From assembly GCA_019057385.1 (NCBI GenBank), contig JAHQJS010000006.1:256001-320000 (forward strand): a stretch of DNA of 64,000 nt, in the 5' to 3' direction. The notes below the pieces were generated by a model, which did not search any database, was not told the origin of the DNA, and was given only the letters and a program-made list of their open reading frames with translations. This document shows, in pieces, positions 49,869-60,707 of this stretch. This DNA comes from Candidatus Borrarchaeum weybense (GTDB lineage: Archaea; Asgardarchaeota; Sifarchaeia; Borrarchaeales; Borrarchaeaceae). The translations under genes were made by a program, and so were the position numbers. The stretch's first letter is position 1. Every line of letters starts with the position of its first letter.

Positions 49869-51296
49869 CCAGAAAGCACCACAGCTTCAGCGTGGTGATG
49901 AATGGCGCGAGGTTTATATAGTTTATTAGCAATAGACTATAGGAGCAACAGGACGCCGCACGACGTTCGCACTAGGGAGTTCACACCGTGTCAAAGGTTA
50001 TTACAGCAGTGCCGACCGCACCATCAAAGAACCAGACCATCAAAGCTACCTTGAAAGCCACTAAGGCACGCCGCACACAGCAACGCTGCCGGGTGTTTGA
50101 GCTGAAACTTGACCGCTCCCACCTTAACCAGCACACACATGCACAGTTGCAGCGCTTGTTTCTGGAAGCCAAATGGCTGTATAACCATATTCTCTCCCAG
50201 CCGAATGTGTGTGACATGGATTATAAACTCGCTGAAGTGCCGGTCAAAGTCAAAGATCGCTTTGAACTCCGGGAACTACGTCACTTATCCTCACACATGA
50301 AGCAGAGTTTGATTAGGCGAACCATCGATAACATCAAAGGGCTGGCACACTTAAAAGCGAAGGGGCATGCAATCGGCAGACTCAACTACAAGAGTGAAGT
50401 GAAGTCCATCCCTTTGAAACAATACGGCAATACCTACAAAATCCTGAATGACAAATGCATCAAGATCCAGGGCATCGCACAACACTTACGGGTCAATGGC
50501 TTGGCGCAAATTCCTGCTGACAGCGAGCTGGCTAATGCCACCTTGATCCAGCGCCATGGCGACTACTTCGTGGCAATCACTACTTACCAGGCGCGGAAAC
50601 ACACCCCGCCCCCGTCAAAAACGGTGGGCATCGATTTCGGCATCAAAACCCAATTAACGCTGTCAGACGGCATTGCCATCCAGTATGCCATCCCCATTAG
50701 CACCAAGTTGCGAAAATTACACCAGCAATTAAGTCGCTGTCAATATCGCAGCAAAAACTGGTATAAAGCCCTGCACAAATTGGAAAAAGCCTATGTGAAG
50801 GTTACCAATATCAAGAAGGACGTCAGAAACAAATTGGTCCATTATCTCCACACCAGGTATGGTGTGGTCTGTTACCAAGATGAGCATGTCAAGGCCTGGC
50901 AACGCCTCTGGGGCAGGAAGATCCTATCAACGGGTATCGGAGGGATCATACGCACACTTGAGGAAAAGGTGCATACTCCGATCCAAGTCGATAGATGGTT
51001 TCCTTCCACCAAGACCTGTTCTCGCTGCGGGAATATCCGGGACATCGAGTTAGATGAACGTTTATATGTCTGCCCCGTCTGCGGATTGGTAATGGACAGA
51101 GATCATAATTCAAGTGTTAACATCGAGAACGAAGGGTTAACACAGCTGCTACCTACGGGACGTAGGGATGTTAAGCCTGTGGAGACTGAATCCTCTACTG
51201 TGACATCGCTGGAATACCTCAATGGTATTCCCTATGTGACAGCAAGTTCGGTCAGCGAAGCAGGAAGCCTCACTGCTTCAGCGTGAGGTAGTTCAC
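49869..51296 (+). mobile_element. IS1341-type (tnpB-only) IS200/IS605 element 2
   Basis: Left hairpin CACCAC...GTGGTG; right end GAAGCCTCAC...GTGAGGTAGTTCAC; elevated GC; no tnpA. Confidence 0.88.
49988..51286 (+). CDS. tnpB: TnpB-family protein with atypical RuvC-II (YQDE)
   Basis: GIDFGIK, YQDE, FPSTKTCSRCG...CPVCG, DRDHNSSVNI; the 3' end overlaps the right-end RNA. Confidence 0.92.
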   Translation: MSKVITAVPTAPSKNQTIKATLKATKARRTQQRCRVFELKLDRSHLNQHTHAQLQRLFLEAKWLYNHILSQPNVCDMDYKLAEVPVKVKDRFELRELRHLSSHMKQSLIRRTIDNIKGLAHLKAKGHAIGRLNYKSEVKSIPLKQYGNTYKILNDKCIKIQGIAQHLRVNGLAQIPADSELANATLIQRHGDYFVAITTYQARKHTPPPSKTVGIDFGIKTQLTLSDGIAIQYAIPISTKLRKLHQQLSRCQYRSKNWYKALHKLEKAYVKVTNIKKDVRNKLVHYLHTRYGVVCYQDEHVKAWQRLWGRKILSTGIGGIIRTLEEKVHTPIQVDRWFPSTKTCSRCGNIRDIELDERLYVCPVCGLVMDRDHNSSVNIENEGLTQLLPTGRRDVKPVETESSTVTSLEYLNGIPYVTASSVSEAGSLTASA

Positions 51297-51389
51297 TGAA
51301 GTTCTGAAGAATTGAATACAGAGTAATACATTTAAAATGAGTTGACTTTAAACCTACCATACTAGTTACAATATGTTTGAGTGATCAGA

Positions 51390-51572
51390 ATGGTCAGATT
51401 ACGTGAATGCAGTTTTTGCGCAATTAAAATTGAACCTGGTACAGGGATGTTATACGTTAAAACAGATGGATCTACAAGATGGTACTGCTCTAGTAAATGT
51501 AAAAAATCAGATTCGATGAAACGCAATCCACGCAAACTAAAATGGACAAATCGATATGAATCTAAGCGTTAA
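51390..51572 (+). CDS. rpl24e: 50S ribosomal protein L24e
   Basis: CSFC...IEPGTG...CSSKC...RNPRKLKWT. Confidence 0.96.
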   Translation: MVRLRECSFCAIKIEPGTGMLYVKTDGSTRWYCSSKCKKSDSMKRNPRKLKWTNRYESKR

Positions 51573-51623
51573 TATCCTGTATCTTATTTTTAATAACCAA
51601 ATAACAAAACTTAAGCATTAGAT

Positions 51624-52082
51624 TCATTCGTATAACCACTTTTCGTCTGAACGTGGATATTTACATACCTCTTCTTCGGTAAAATATACTGCCATTTCCA
51701 TTTTTGCATTTTCTACAGAATCTGCGGCGTGGATGACATTTCGTTCAAGAGTCATCCCAAAATCACCTCTAATGGTACCCGGACTTGCTTCTAGAGAATT
51801 TGTTTTTCCTATAATTGTCCTTACTGCTTGAACTGCGCTTTTTCCTTCTACAATCATTGGAAGAGATGGTCCTGATGTAATATATTCTATTAATGGTTCG
51901 AAAAATGCCTTTCCTTTATGAACGGCATATTGTTTCTCTGCTAATTCTCTTGAAACTTGTAATAACTTCAATGCAGTTATTCTCAGCCCTTTTTTCTCAA
52001 TTCTTGAGATTATTTCTCCAATTAACCCTCTTGCTATGGCATCAGGCTTTAGCATCACAAAAGTTCTCTCAAATTCACTCAT
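51624..52082 (-). CDS. ndk: Nucleoside diphosphate kinase
   Basis: ERTFVMLKPD, PGTIRGDF, NVIHAADS. Confidence 0.97.
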   Translation of the reverse strand: MSEFERTFVMLKPDAIARGLIGEIISRIEKKGLRITALKLLQVSRELAEKQYAVHKGKAFFEPLIEYITSGPSLPMIVEGKSAVQAVRTIIGKTNSLEASPGTIRGDFGMTLERNVIHAADSVENAKMEMAVYFTEEEVCKYPRSDEKWLYE

Positions 52083-52234
52083 ACTTTTGCCTCCTATGCC
52101 TATACCTTAAAACTTGAAAATTCACCTACTTTCAGTTTTTAAAATGGTTTTAAATGAAAGAACATTAACCTCTCCATATTTTGTGCTCTAGCAAATTTTA
52201 ATTTGTTATAATGGAGAGATCTTACGGTATTTTT

Positions 52235-52615
52235 TTAGAATTCTATTATTTGCATATCTTCCTTCTCAGGTTTTCCAGTGACTTTGAGGTTTATCTGAAC
52301 TATCTCATCTGAAATCATATTTCCTCTTACTGTTCGTCTCTTTCTCTGACCAGGTCTTTTTGGATGAAAACCAGGTGCTGATGACATCAAGATTCTTTTC
52401 CTGATAGCTCCATGAACATCAGGTTTCATGGGGAAACCATCTTTGTCACTTCCACCAGTTAACACGAATTTGTATCCCGGAAAGCCAATTGTTGTACCTT
52501 CAATTTCTTCTGAAATCTTAATTCCCAATAATCTGCCAATTTTATCACCTTCGATACCAATCTGTCGTGTTTTACCAGTTTCTGGATCAGATATAACAGC
52601 TTTATATTCAACCAC
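52235..52615 (-). CDS. rps6e: 30S ribosomal protein S6e
   Basis: ISDPETGK, TGGSDKDGFPM, GQRKRRTVRG; GTG start after a GGAGG SD. Confidence 0.95.
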   Translation of the reverse strand: MVEYKAVISDPETGKTRQIGIEGDKIGRLLGIKISEEIEGTTIGFPGYKFVLTGGSDKDGFPMKPDVHGAIRKRILMSSAPGFHPKRPGQRKRRTVRGNMISDEIVQINLKVTGKPEKEDMQIIEF

Positions 52616-52728
52616 TTTTCTTGTCCTCCGAAATGTTCTGATTATCATCAAGTTTTGAAATCGTGAATGATTAAAGAACATGAATTCATTTTCTGTTTAT
52701 AAATTCTGCGCTTTGACCAAATGGAAAA

Positions 52729-54528
52729 TTAAAATCCCCACAATGGTTTTGTTTTCCGTTTTATTTCACGAAGTTCGTCTAAAATTTCTTTTTGAGAGTC
52801 TGGCAATTCATCCTTGAACTTGGTTCGCAGCGTATTAAACATCGTCTCAGACATGTCAACTATCAGTACATCATTTTCGTTAAAGGTCCTTCCAACTGTA
52901 CATCCCTTGATCGATATAGCGACCTCTTCCCCTTTTGTAGCCTTAGGAACATTCTCACCTCGATCTTGTATTCCAACTATTTCGCCGACTTTACGTCCAT
53001 CGGATGCACGAATTAATAGATATTTTTGACAGATTTGTCCTCCTAATACTTCAACACCAACGACCGCTGGCTTGTTAATTCGAAAAACAAAACCTGGCAT
53101 AACTTTTATTTTACCTGGCCTAATTATTGCCTTTTCGCGTTCTTCACGTAATTGCTTTTCCTTATCTAGTTTCCAATCATCGAAATCTTCAACGAGTCTA
53201 TAAATGATATTGTTTAGCATTATAGGTATACCAAGACGATCTGCTTCTTCTTGCGCGTCTGGACGCACACCAACATTAAAGCCTAAAATTACTCCGTTCA
53301 GGGGATCTTGTTCGAGAGAAACACCTGCATCAACAACATCACGTTTGCTAACGTCTCCAACATTCGCAGTTCTTATGGGGATCTTATTTTCTTTTAAAAG
53401 TCTAAGAATAGCCTCTAAAGAACCTAATGCATCTGCTTTCAGGATTATTCCAGAAATATCTGTAGATATAATTATTTCGCTGATCTCTTTCTTTATCTCC
53501 GCAATAAGGGAGTTTAAATGTTCTTCGTCAGTGAACACTGAAACCGATGCACCAGCAACAGCATTATCGAGATTTGGCGCGCCTATTTTTATACCAGCCG
53601 CTGCTTTTATTTCATCTACTGAATTAAACTTTTCTCTTGGATCACGGATTTCATCCAAAGGTTTTGGAGAAAGCAATGCGCGAACTTTTGTTATAATCGG
53701 TTCACCATTCTTATCATAGGTGATAATACTGTCTCCCTTCTTAATTCGTCCCTCATAGATAATTGTGTCAATAGTTATTCCTAGACCTGGTTCTTCTTTA
53801 ACTTCCAGAATTGAGCCGATTGCTGGTCCCTTTGAAACATGTAGTTTTTCTTGCAGATATTGCTGTGCCAAACCAGTTAGAATCATTAAAAGATCTGCTA
53901 TTCCTTCTCCAGTTTTAGCAGAAGTTGGGATTATAGCCACATTTTTTGTAAAGTCCTTTATTCTATCGTATCTTTCGGCTTGGAATTTTTCCTTTGAGAG
54001 TTCGCCCATTATTTCATATATGCGCTCATTAAGGTCAGTTTGAATAAATTCATTTTGTTTGTTGAAAGATGCTAGAAAAGTAGAGTTCTCGTTGGGTTTC
54101 CATCCTCCTAGACGATCAATTTTATTTGCAGCGATCAAAAAAGGAACTTTTCGAGCACGTAAAAGATTTAAACTCTCCCATGATTGAGGCATAAAGCCAT
54201 CCATTACGTCTATTACAAGAATAGCAATATCAGCTACACTCGCTCCACGAGCCCGCAGGTTGATGAACGATTCGTGCCCTGGTGTATCGATTATTAGAAG
54301 ACCTGGTAAAGTGAATTTTATCTTGAGAGTATCAAGCAATTTCCCAGTAACTTCTTTAATTGTCTCCATAGGAAAAAAACTTGCACCAATGTGCTGTGTA
54401 ATGCCTCCTGCTTCTCTTTTCTGCACTGCAGTACCACGGATTCTGTCTAGCAGTGAGGTCTTGCCGTGATCAATATGTCCCATGATAGTACAAATTGGAG
54501 CGCGTAAATCGTCCTCTTTTTCACTCAT
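52729..54528 (-). CDS. infB: Translation initiation factor aIF5B (IF-2)
   Basis: LRAPICTIMGHIDHGKTS, EAGGITQHIGA, DTPGHE, NKID, KADALGSLEA. Confidence 0.96.
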   Translation of the reverse strand: MSEKEDDLRAPICTIMGHIDHGKTSLLDRIRGTAVQKREAGGITQHIGASFFPMETIKEVTGKLLDTLKIKFTLPGLLIIDTPGHESFINLRARGASVADIAILVIDVMDGFMPQSWESLNLLRARKVPFLIAANKIDRLGGWKPNENSTFLASFNKQNEFIQTDLNERIYEIMGELSKEKFQAERYDRIKDFTKNVAIIPTSAKTGEGIADLLMILTGLAQQYLQEKLHVSKGPAIGSILEVKEEPGLGITIDTIIYEGRIKKGDSIITYDKNGEPIITKVRALLSPKPLDEIRDPREKFNSVDEIKAAAGIKIGAPNLDNAVAGASVSVFTDEEHLNSLIAEIKKEISEIIISTDISGIILKADALGSLEAILRLLKENKIPIRTANVGDVSKRDVVDAGVSLEQDPLNGVILGFNVGVRPDAQEEADRLGIPIMLNNIIYRLVEDFDDWKLDKEKQLREEREKAIIRPGKIKVMPGFVFRINKPAVVGVEVLGGQICQKYLLIRASDGRKVGEIVGIQDRGENVPKATKGEEVAISIKGCTVGRTFNENDVLIVDMSETMFNTLRTKFKDELPDSQKEILDELREIKRKTKPLWGF

Positions 54529-54749
54529 TTGCTTTAACCTCCACTTTGAAGGTTTGATTATGAAGTTCTTAGACAATTTCTGTCCTTATTTTGAAGGATC
54601 ATTCATTCAATTCCTTAAATAACTTTGTAAAGTTTTTGATTTAGCATTTAATGTGTTTTTTGATTGTGCCATCCATTTTTCCTATGGCAAGTATTCGCCA
54701 ATAACTTTAAAAGTATCCTCCTGTTTCATTTGAAAAAAGGTGAGAAAAG

Positions 54750-57023
54750 ATGGGTATAGAACTAACTACATTAGACTTGAATTTTACCTGGATGATTGTT
54801 GTTATATCTATAGCTGGATTAATTTATGCGGTATTGCTTGCACGTCAAACTATGAAACACCCCACCACTGGGGGCGATGCAGACAGAATTTCTAACGCCA
54901 TAAGAGCAGGGGCAAATTCATATCTAAGAAAGCAACTTATTTCGATCGGAGTGATGGTTGCAATATTAGCTGCCATTCTTATAATGTTACCTGCGCATCA
55001 ACCAGAGGGTTTCCCATCAATTAGGTTTGGAAGGATGTTAGCATTCCTGATGGGTGCTAGTTTCTCAGCATCTGTAGGATACGCGGGTATGAATATTGCC
55101 ACCCGCGCAAATGTCAGAGTAGCTGCTGCAGCGAATAAAAGTTTCGGACAAGCGCTTAAAATAGCATACAGAGGTGGAACAGTAGCTGGTATGCTAACCG
55201 ATGGGCTTGGCCTGCTAGGAGGTATAATTGCATTTATAATCTTCCGTGAATGGGCGTTCGAAGTCTTATTAGGCTTTGGATTTGGCGGAACACTTATAGC
55301 ATTGTTCTATCGAGTTGGTGGTGGAATTTATACGAAGGCTGCAGATGTTGGAGCCGATCTTGTAGGCAAAATTGAGAAAGGTATCCCTGAAGATGATCCA
55401 AGGAATGCTGCTGTGGTAGCTGACTTGGTAGGTGATAATGTTGGTGACTGTGCAGGTATGGCTGCAGATATATTCGAGTCATACGAAGTAACAGAAGTTT
55501 CAGCTATGATATTAGGTCTAGCTGCGTTCCCACCAGCGATTTACGGTTTTAAAGGCGTATTATTCCCACTGATGGTCAGGGCCATCGGAGTGTTAAGTTC
55601 AATAATCGGTACGTACGCCGTGAGACTTCGTGGTGAAAAAGAAGGTGCAATGAAAGCGATAAACCGCGGTTACACCACTTCAGCTACGGCTTCGATAATT
55701 GGATTTTTCGTTCTCAGCTTTTTCTATATGCAAGGCTTAGCTGATATAAACACGGGCTTAGCTGTGGTTTGGTGGAAATTCCCAATTGCAATAATGGCAG
55801 GAATCGGGCTTGCAGTATCAACTAACTTCTTAACAGAGCATTTCACCTCAGTAGAGGCGGGACCTGTTAAAGGTATGTCAAAGGCATGTCAAACTGGTGC
55901 AGCAACCAACCTCCTCGAAGGTATTGCCGTAGGATATGAATCAAGTGTCTGGGCGATAATAAGTATAGCAGTATCAATTTTTGTTTCAGTAATAATCTTT
56001 GGTTCGCTTGGCGTAACAGCTTTCTATGGTGTTGCGCTTTGCGGTATCGGACAACTTACCTTGACTGGAAATAATGTAGCTATGGATACGTTTGGTCCAA
56101 TTGCAGATAATGCACAAGGTCTGGCTGAAATGAGCAAAGATGACTACTTCACTCCTCAAGCACAAAGCGTCTTAGCAGATATGGATTCAGTTGGTAATAC
56201 AACTAAAGCAGTTACAAAAGGAATAGCAATAGCATCAGCAGTAATAGCAGCAGTGTCTCTCTTTAGGTCATATATTGAACTTCCTTTGCTTCTAGGTGGT
56301 GAATTACTAATCTTAGATTTGTCAGTTCCGTTAATCTTTATTGGATTACTTATTGGCGGAGCGGTACCCTTGTTGTTCAGTGCAATTTGCATTAAAGCCG
56401 TAGGCAAAGCCGCAGCGAAGATGATTAGAGAAGTGCGACGGCAATTTGCAGAGATTCCCGGGCTATGGGAGGGGACAGCAGACCCCGACTATGAACGGTG
56501 TGTAGCTATCTCTACCCGCGCCGCGCAAAAAGAACTCCTTCCTCTTGGAATACTCGCAATAGCCACGCCGTTGCTTGTAGGATTCTTACTCAGTGGTGCA
56601 GCACTAGGAGGCTTTCTAGGAGGTGCAATAATAGCTAGTCAATTGTTGGCAGTGTTCATGGCAAATGCTGGAGGTGCTTTCGATAATGCTAAGAAGAGCA
56701 TTGAGGATGGACTCTTTGGAGGAAAAGGATCCGATGCCCATAAGGCAGCCGTTATCGGTGATACTGTAGGAGATCCCTTGAAGGATACCGCGGGACCTGC
56801 ATTGAACCCAATGATGAAAGTAATAAATCTCATCGCACTGCTAGTAGGTCCACTTGTATTACAGGTCTCTCTTATTGGCTATGTAGCAGCAGATCCAGTC
56901 GCTATATTTGTATTCAATCCAACAGCATTAGGAATAGCTATAGTGCTTGCTCTAACTATAGTAATTGCTTTCGCTATGTGGTATAGCAAGAGAGAAACAG
57001 AAGATATAGCTGACCTTGGTTAA
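54750..57023 (+). CDS. hppA: Membrane-bound pyrophosphatase, predicted K+-independent H+-PPase
   Basis: GGGIYTKAADVGADLVGK, EDDPRN, GDNVGD, GNTTKA (Lys determinant), GDTVGDPLKD. Confidence 0.95.
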   Translation: MGIELTTLDLNFTWMIVVISIAGLIYAVLLARQTMKHPTTGGDADRISNAIRAGANSYLRKQLISIGVMVAILAAILIMLPAHQPEGFPSIRFGRMLAFLMGASFSASVGYAGMNIATRANVRVAAAANKSFGQALKIAYRGGTVAGMLTDGLGLLGGIIAFIIFREWAFEVLLGFGFGGTLIALFYRVGGGIYTKAADVGADLVGKIEKGIPEDDPRNAAVVADLVGDNVGDCAGMAADIFESYEVTEVSAMILGLAAFPPAIYGFKGVLFPLMVRAIGVLSSIIGTYAVRLRGEKEGAMKAINRGYTTSATASIIGFFVLSFFYMQGLADINTGLAVVWWKFPIAIMAGIGLAVSTNFLTEHFTSVEAGPVKGMSKACQTGAATNLLEGIAVGYESSVWAIISIAVSIFVSVIIFGSLGVTAFYGVALCGIGQLTLTGNNVAMDTFGPIADNAQGLAEMSKDDYFTPQAQSVLADMDSVGNTTKAVTKGIAIASAVIAAVSLFRSYIELPLLLGGELLILDLSVPLIFIGLLIGGAVPLLFSAICIKAVGKAAAKMIREVRRQFAEIPGLWEGTADPDYERCVAISTRAAQKELLPLGILAIATPLLVGFLLSGAALGGFLGGAIIASQLLAVFMANAGGAFDNAKKSIEDGLFGGKGSDAHKAAVIGDTVGDPLKDTAGPALNPMMKVINLIALLVGPLVLQVSLIGYVAADPVAIFVFNPTALGIAIVLALTIVIAFAMWYSKRETEDIADLG

Positions 57024-57047
57024 AACAAAACTGAAACACATTCTCTT

Positions 57048-57098
57048 AGAAAAGGGAAAATGAAGGAAAAATAGAAATTTTCTTTCCTTCCCTCTCTA
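57048..57098. terminator. Inverted repeat between convergent genes; likely terminator
   Basis: GAAGGAAA...TTTCCTTC stem followed by T-rich tracts. Confidence 0.45.
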
Positions 57099-57173
57099 CA
57101 TTTTTCTACAATTTTTATTTTTTTGAAAGACTACAAGTATTTCTTCTAAACCTATATCACAATTAATCTTCCT

Positions 57174-57608
57174 TCAACCAATGAAACCATCTTCTGCTAG
57201 GTATGATTTTTGCCTCAAGTAGATAACTGAACTATTGGCGTCCTTAAGTTTCTTTTTTAATTTCGCATCATTCGTAGCAACGACGAATTTAGTTTTCTTG
57301 GCGATTCTAAGAATATATTCGTCTGCAGTTTCATTAGGAAGGAACTGTTCATCTAAAACTTTGATATTTTGTTCTTTGAGAAATCGTAAAGCAAACTCGA
57401 CCTTCTTTCTTTTCTTAGGTTTCGATTTGCTTAATAATTCTTTTAGTTCAGTTATAACTCCGCTTAGAGCAACTAACTCATATTCTCTTTTCACAAGGCG
57501 ATCTAGCTCTGATATTATATTGATTTGAATTTCTGAGAGCATTATAAGAAAATTTGAATCAATAATAATACTTACGATTGCACAATCCCCCAACCAATCA
57601 ACCGCCAT
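57174..57608 (-). CDS. PIN domain protein (Fcf1/Utp24-like)
   Basis: IIDSNFL, EL, ADEYI, VATNDAKLK, IYLRQ; follows eif2g as in the conserved archaeal cluster. Confidence 0.88.
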   Translation of the reverse strand: MAVDWLGDCAIVSIIIDSNFLIMLSEIQINIISELDRLVKREYELVALSGVITELKELLSKSKPKKRKKVEFALRFLKEQNIKVLDEQFLPNETADEYILRIAKKTKFVVATNDAKLKKKLKDANSSVIYLRQKSYLAEDGFIG

Positions 57609-58804
57609 CTTCCACTTATTCTTCGGCTGATTGCGATCCTACTTCCTTCCTCGATGCATACTGGTCTTTGAAGTTCTAATTCAGCGTTCTTACCGGCTTC
57701 TTTAACTCTACCGATAGTAGCAGAGGCGCCAACTGTTAACATTAGAGGTTCATTTTGCTTAATAGGCATTACTTTTTTTTCTTCAGCAAGCCCTACTACG
57801 TGTTCGAGGAGCGAAGCTTGAACTTGTAGTGTTTTATCCCATACTGGTGGAAGATTGTCAGGTTTCCCTACAACATTTCCCACCAAACCGTCTCCCTTTG
57901 TAATAGATGAATCTAATTTGGTTCCTAAAGCAATAAGTCCTCCAGGCTTTGCTTCTTCTAGTTTAATGTTACCGCCTGCTTGTATTGTGGTAACAACCGA
58001 GTATAATCGTTCAAACGGACCGTCTTCCTTTTGCTGAATGCCAGGAGCTATCTCGATTTCATCTTCGGTCTTGAAAGTACCTGCGAGAATCGTGCCCCCA
58101 ATAACTCCTCCAACTAATTCTTTTACTGTGGCACCTGGCTTATTAATATCAAAAGATCGTGCAACATAAAGTTTAGCTGGTTTATCAAGATCTCGTTTTG
58201 GAGTTGGAATAAACTCCTCTAGTGCTGAAGTCACAACGTCAATGTTGGCTTTATGAAGTGCAGAAATAGGAATTATAGGTACATCAATATCAAGTGTTTG
58301 CTTAACAAAGTCTCTGATTTGCTCATAATTAGTCTTTGCATCTTCATCAGAGACTAATTCAACTTTGTTTTGTGCGATGATAATGTGCTTGATGCCTGTT
58401 ATTTGTAACGCTGCAAGGTGTTCTCTTGTTTGTGGTTGGGGGCACTCTTCATTTGCAGCAATGACGAGTACTGCACCGTCCATAATCGCTGCACCTGATA
58501 GCATTCTTGCCATCAGTATCTCGTGTCCTGGTGCGTCAACAAAACTAATTTTCCTAACAAACTCAGTTTTCGAACCACAAGCAGGACATTTTTTTTCTGT
58601 GGTATAATAAGGAGGTTCACAACCTGTACATTTGTAGATTAAACAATCAGCGTAACCTAATTTGATTGAGATTCCACGCCTTAGTTCTTCTGAATGCGTG
58701 TCTGTCCAGATTCCACTCAGAGCTTGGACTAAACTAGTCTTACCATGATCGACATGACCTACCATTCCGATATTAATCTCACTCTGTACCTTCTTTATAG
58801 CCAC
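57572..58804 (-). CDS. eif2g: Translation initiation factor 2 gamma subunit
   Basis: GHVDHGKT, HSEELRRGISIKLGYAD, DAPGHE, PQPQTREH, RWRLIGWG. Confidence 0.97.
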   Translation of the reverse strand: MAIKKVQSEINIGMVGHVDHGKTSLVQALSGIWTDTHSEELRRGISIKLGYADCLIYKCTGCEPPYYTTEKKCPACGSKTEFVRKISFVDAPGHEILMARMLSGAAIMDGAVLVIAANEECPQPQTREHLAALQITGIKHIIIAQNKVELVSDEDAKTNYEQIRDFVKQTLDIDVPIIPISALHKANIDVVTSALEEFIPTPKRDLDKPAKLYVARSFDINKPGATVKELVGGVIGGTILAGTFKTEDEIEIAPGIQQKEDGPFERLYSVVTTIQAGGNIKLEEAKPGGLIALGTKLDSSITKGDGLVGNVVGKPDNLPPVWDKTLQVQASLLEHVVGLAEEKKVMPIKQNEPLMLTVGASATIGRVKEAGKNAELELQRPVCIEEGSRIAISRRISGRWRLIGWGIVQS

Positions 58805-59140
58805 ATTGAAACCTCCAACTTCAAATAAGAGACATTGAATCTACTAAAAGTAAGGTGCACTACTTTTTAGTTTTTCTCATTATGATTGCATGCGCGTGGT
58901 TTATTTTTCAATAGTAATGGACATGTATCTTTCAAAGTGAATAAGTAGAACTACACTAACTGGAGTCTTTGAGAGTATTGATATGGGCAAACAACTCTGT
59001 TTGGTTCGATTTTAGTTAAAGAACAATTCGTCTGGGATAATAAGACTTTTAAATATAGCTTATAGAATTGAAGTGTCTTGCTTTTCCTAACTTTTCCTCT
59101 AATCTTTTTATTCTTAGAGCATTTAAGGGGATAAAATATA

Positions 59141-59761
59141 TTGTATAAAAATATCAAAATTCAGGACACGGTGAGAGTCGATCCAAGTCGATTTGGAGAA
59201 TCTTTAGAAGAAGTGGTCCTTGAAATTTGTCGCGAAAATTATGAAGGAATTATCAATTCAGATTTAGGATTAATTATTGCAGTTACTGCTATCGAAGATA
59301 TAGGTGTTGGAAAACTAATCCCTGGTGATGGAGCCGCTTATCATGATGTAACTTTCAATATTTTATCTTACAAACCAGAAGATCACGAAATAGTTGAGGG
59401 CGAAGTGGTTGAAGCCACAGATTTTGGTTTATTTGTTAGATTAGGTTGTATAGATGCACTAATTCATGTTTCACAAGTTTATGATGATTTTTTTTCATAC
59501 GATGGAAAGCACGCGCTACAAGGACGAGAAAGCAATAGGATAATTCGCGTTGGTGACAAAATTAGGGCAAGAGTAATAGCCATCTCATTAACTAAAAACG
59601 CAATTCGAATGGGACTCTCCATGAGGCAACAAGGACTTGGTGCAAAGACATGGATTGAAGAATGGGTTCAAGAGTCTGAAGGAGAGAATGGAGAAGAAAC
59701 TGAAAAAGAAGAAAAACCCAAACCCAAACCAAAGAAAAGAAGGAAAAAGCGTCGCAGCTGA
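59141..59761 (+). CDS. rpoE1: RNA polymerase subunit Rpo7 (E')
   Basis: DTVRVDP, PGDGAAYH, S1 domain DALIHVSQ, MRQQGLG. Confidence 0.95.
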   Translation: MYKNIKIQDTVRVDPSRFGESLEEVVLEICRENYEGIINSDLGLIIAVTAIEDIGVGKLIPGDGAAYHDVTFNILSYKPEDHEIVEGEVVEATDFGLFVRLGCIDALIHVSQVYDDFFSYDGKHALQGRESNRIIRVGDKIRARVIAISLTKNAIRMGLSMRQQGLGAKTWIEEWVQESEGENGEETEKEEKPKPKPKKRRKKRRS

Positions 59762-59774
59762 TCTTAATTAATTA

Positions 59775-59975
59775 ATGGTGATAAGTATGAAGGAAAAAGC
59801 GTGTCGAGTGTGTCATAGAATCTTCTCTGAAAAACAACAATGTCCTGACTGTAAAACGTACACTTTAAGTGAAGACTTTACAGGCATCGTGTGGATTTTC
59901 TCGTTGGAAGATAATCAAATAGCTAAACAGTTGAATGTTACTAAACCCGGCAAATATGCTCTTAAGGTTAGATGA
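59775..59975 (+). CDS. spt4: Transcription elongation factor Spt4 (RpoE2)
   Basis: ACRVC...CPDC...PGKYALKVR. Confidence 0.93.
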   Translation: MVISMKEKACRVCHRIFSEKQQCPDCKTYTLSEDFTGIVWIFSLEDNQIAKQLNVTKPGKYALKVR

Positions 59976-60048
59976 GATCTTTGTCAAATCGAAAAATTTA
60001 AAGATACACTTGAATTTACGTAAAAACTCTCAATGGAGGAACTTGAAC

Positions 60049-60348
60049 TTGAGTTTGCAGATTGAAATTCTAAAGGAATTCGAAAACCCATTGTTAAAAA
60101 GAAAAGAACTTGAATGTATTGTTAGACATCCCAGAACTGCTACTCCGACGCGCGCAGAAATTAGAGACAAACTTTCTGCTCTTTTAAATTGTGATAAAGA
60201 AGCGCTTTTTGTTGAAAAAATTCTCTCAGAATTTGGAGTTTCAGTAACTAAGATCTATGCGAGAGTATATTCTACACCCTCTGAAGGTGAAAAGATAGAA
60301 CCATCGCACATAATTTTAAGAAACAGAGGAAAAACTGCTGAAGAATAG
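60049..60348 (+). CDS. rps24e: 30S ribosomal protein S24e
   Basis: ENPLLKRKE...TPTR...FG...ARVY...IEPSHI; TTG start after a GGAGG SD. Confidence 0.93.
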   Translation: MSLQIEILKEFENPLLKRKELECIVRHPRTATPTRAEIRDKLSALLNCDKEALFVEKILSEFGVSVTKIYARVYSTPSEGEKIEPSHIILRNRGKTAEE

Positions 60349-60442
60349 AGTATTATATAATCATCAGGATTTCGGTATTATATTTCATCAAAAAGTACAT
60401 TAATTAAAGTAAAGCAAAGTAAATTAATGATGAGGTCTTAAA

Positions 60443-60643
60443 ATGGCGTATGAATATTATAACGTTGATAAAGATTACAAAAAAATCACTTTATTAAAGC
60501 GCAAATGTCCTCGCTGCAATTCATTTATGGCGGATCATTATGATCGTTATGCATGTGGGAAATGCGGTTATACAGCGTTTAAAACTCAAGAAGAGAAGAC
60601 TAAAGGTAAAAGTAAAACAAAGAAGGCGGCTAAAAAGAAATAA
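60443..60643 (+). CDS. rps27ae: 30S ribosomal protein S27Ae (no ubiquitin fusion)
   Basis: CPRC...[17 protein letters not shown]. Confidence 0.95.
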   Translation: MAYEYYNVDKDYKKITLLKRKCPRCNSFMADHYDRYACGKCGYTAFKTQEEKTKGKSKTKKAAKKK

Positions 60644-60707
60644 ATGCTCATTTTCTAGGTATTGTTCATTTAATATTATCTCTTTTTGAAAAGAAGCGTG
60701 ACAGTAT

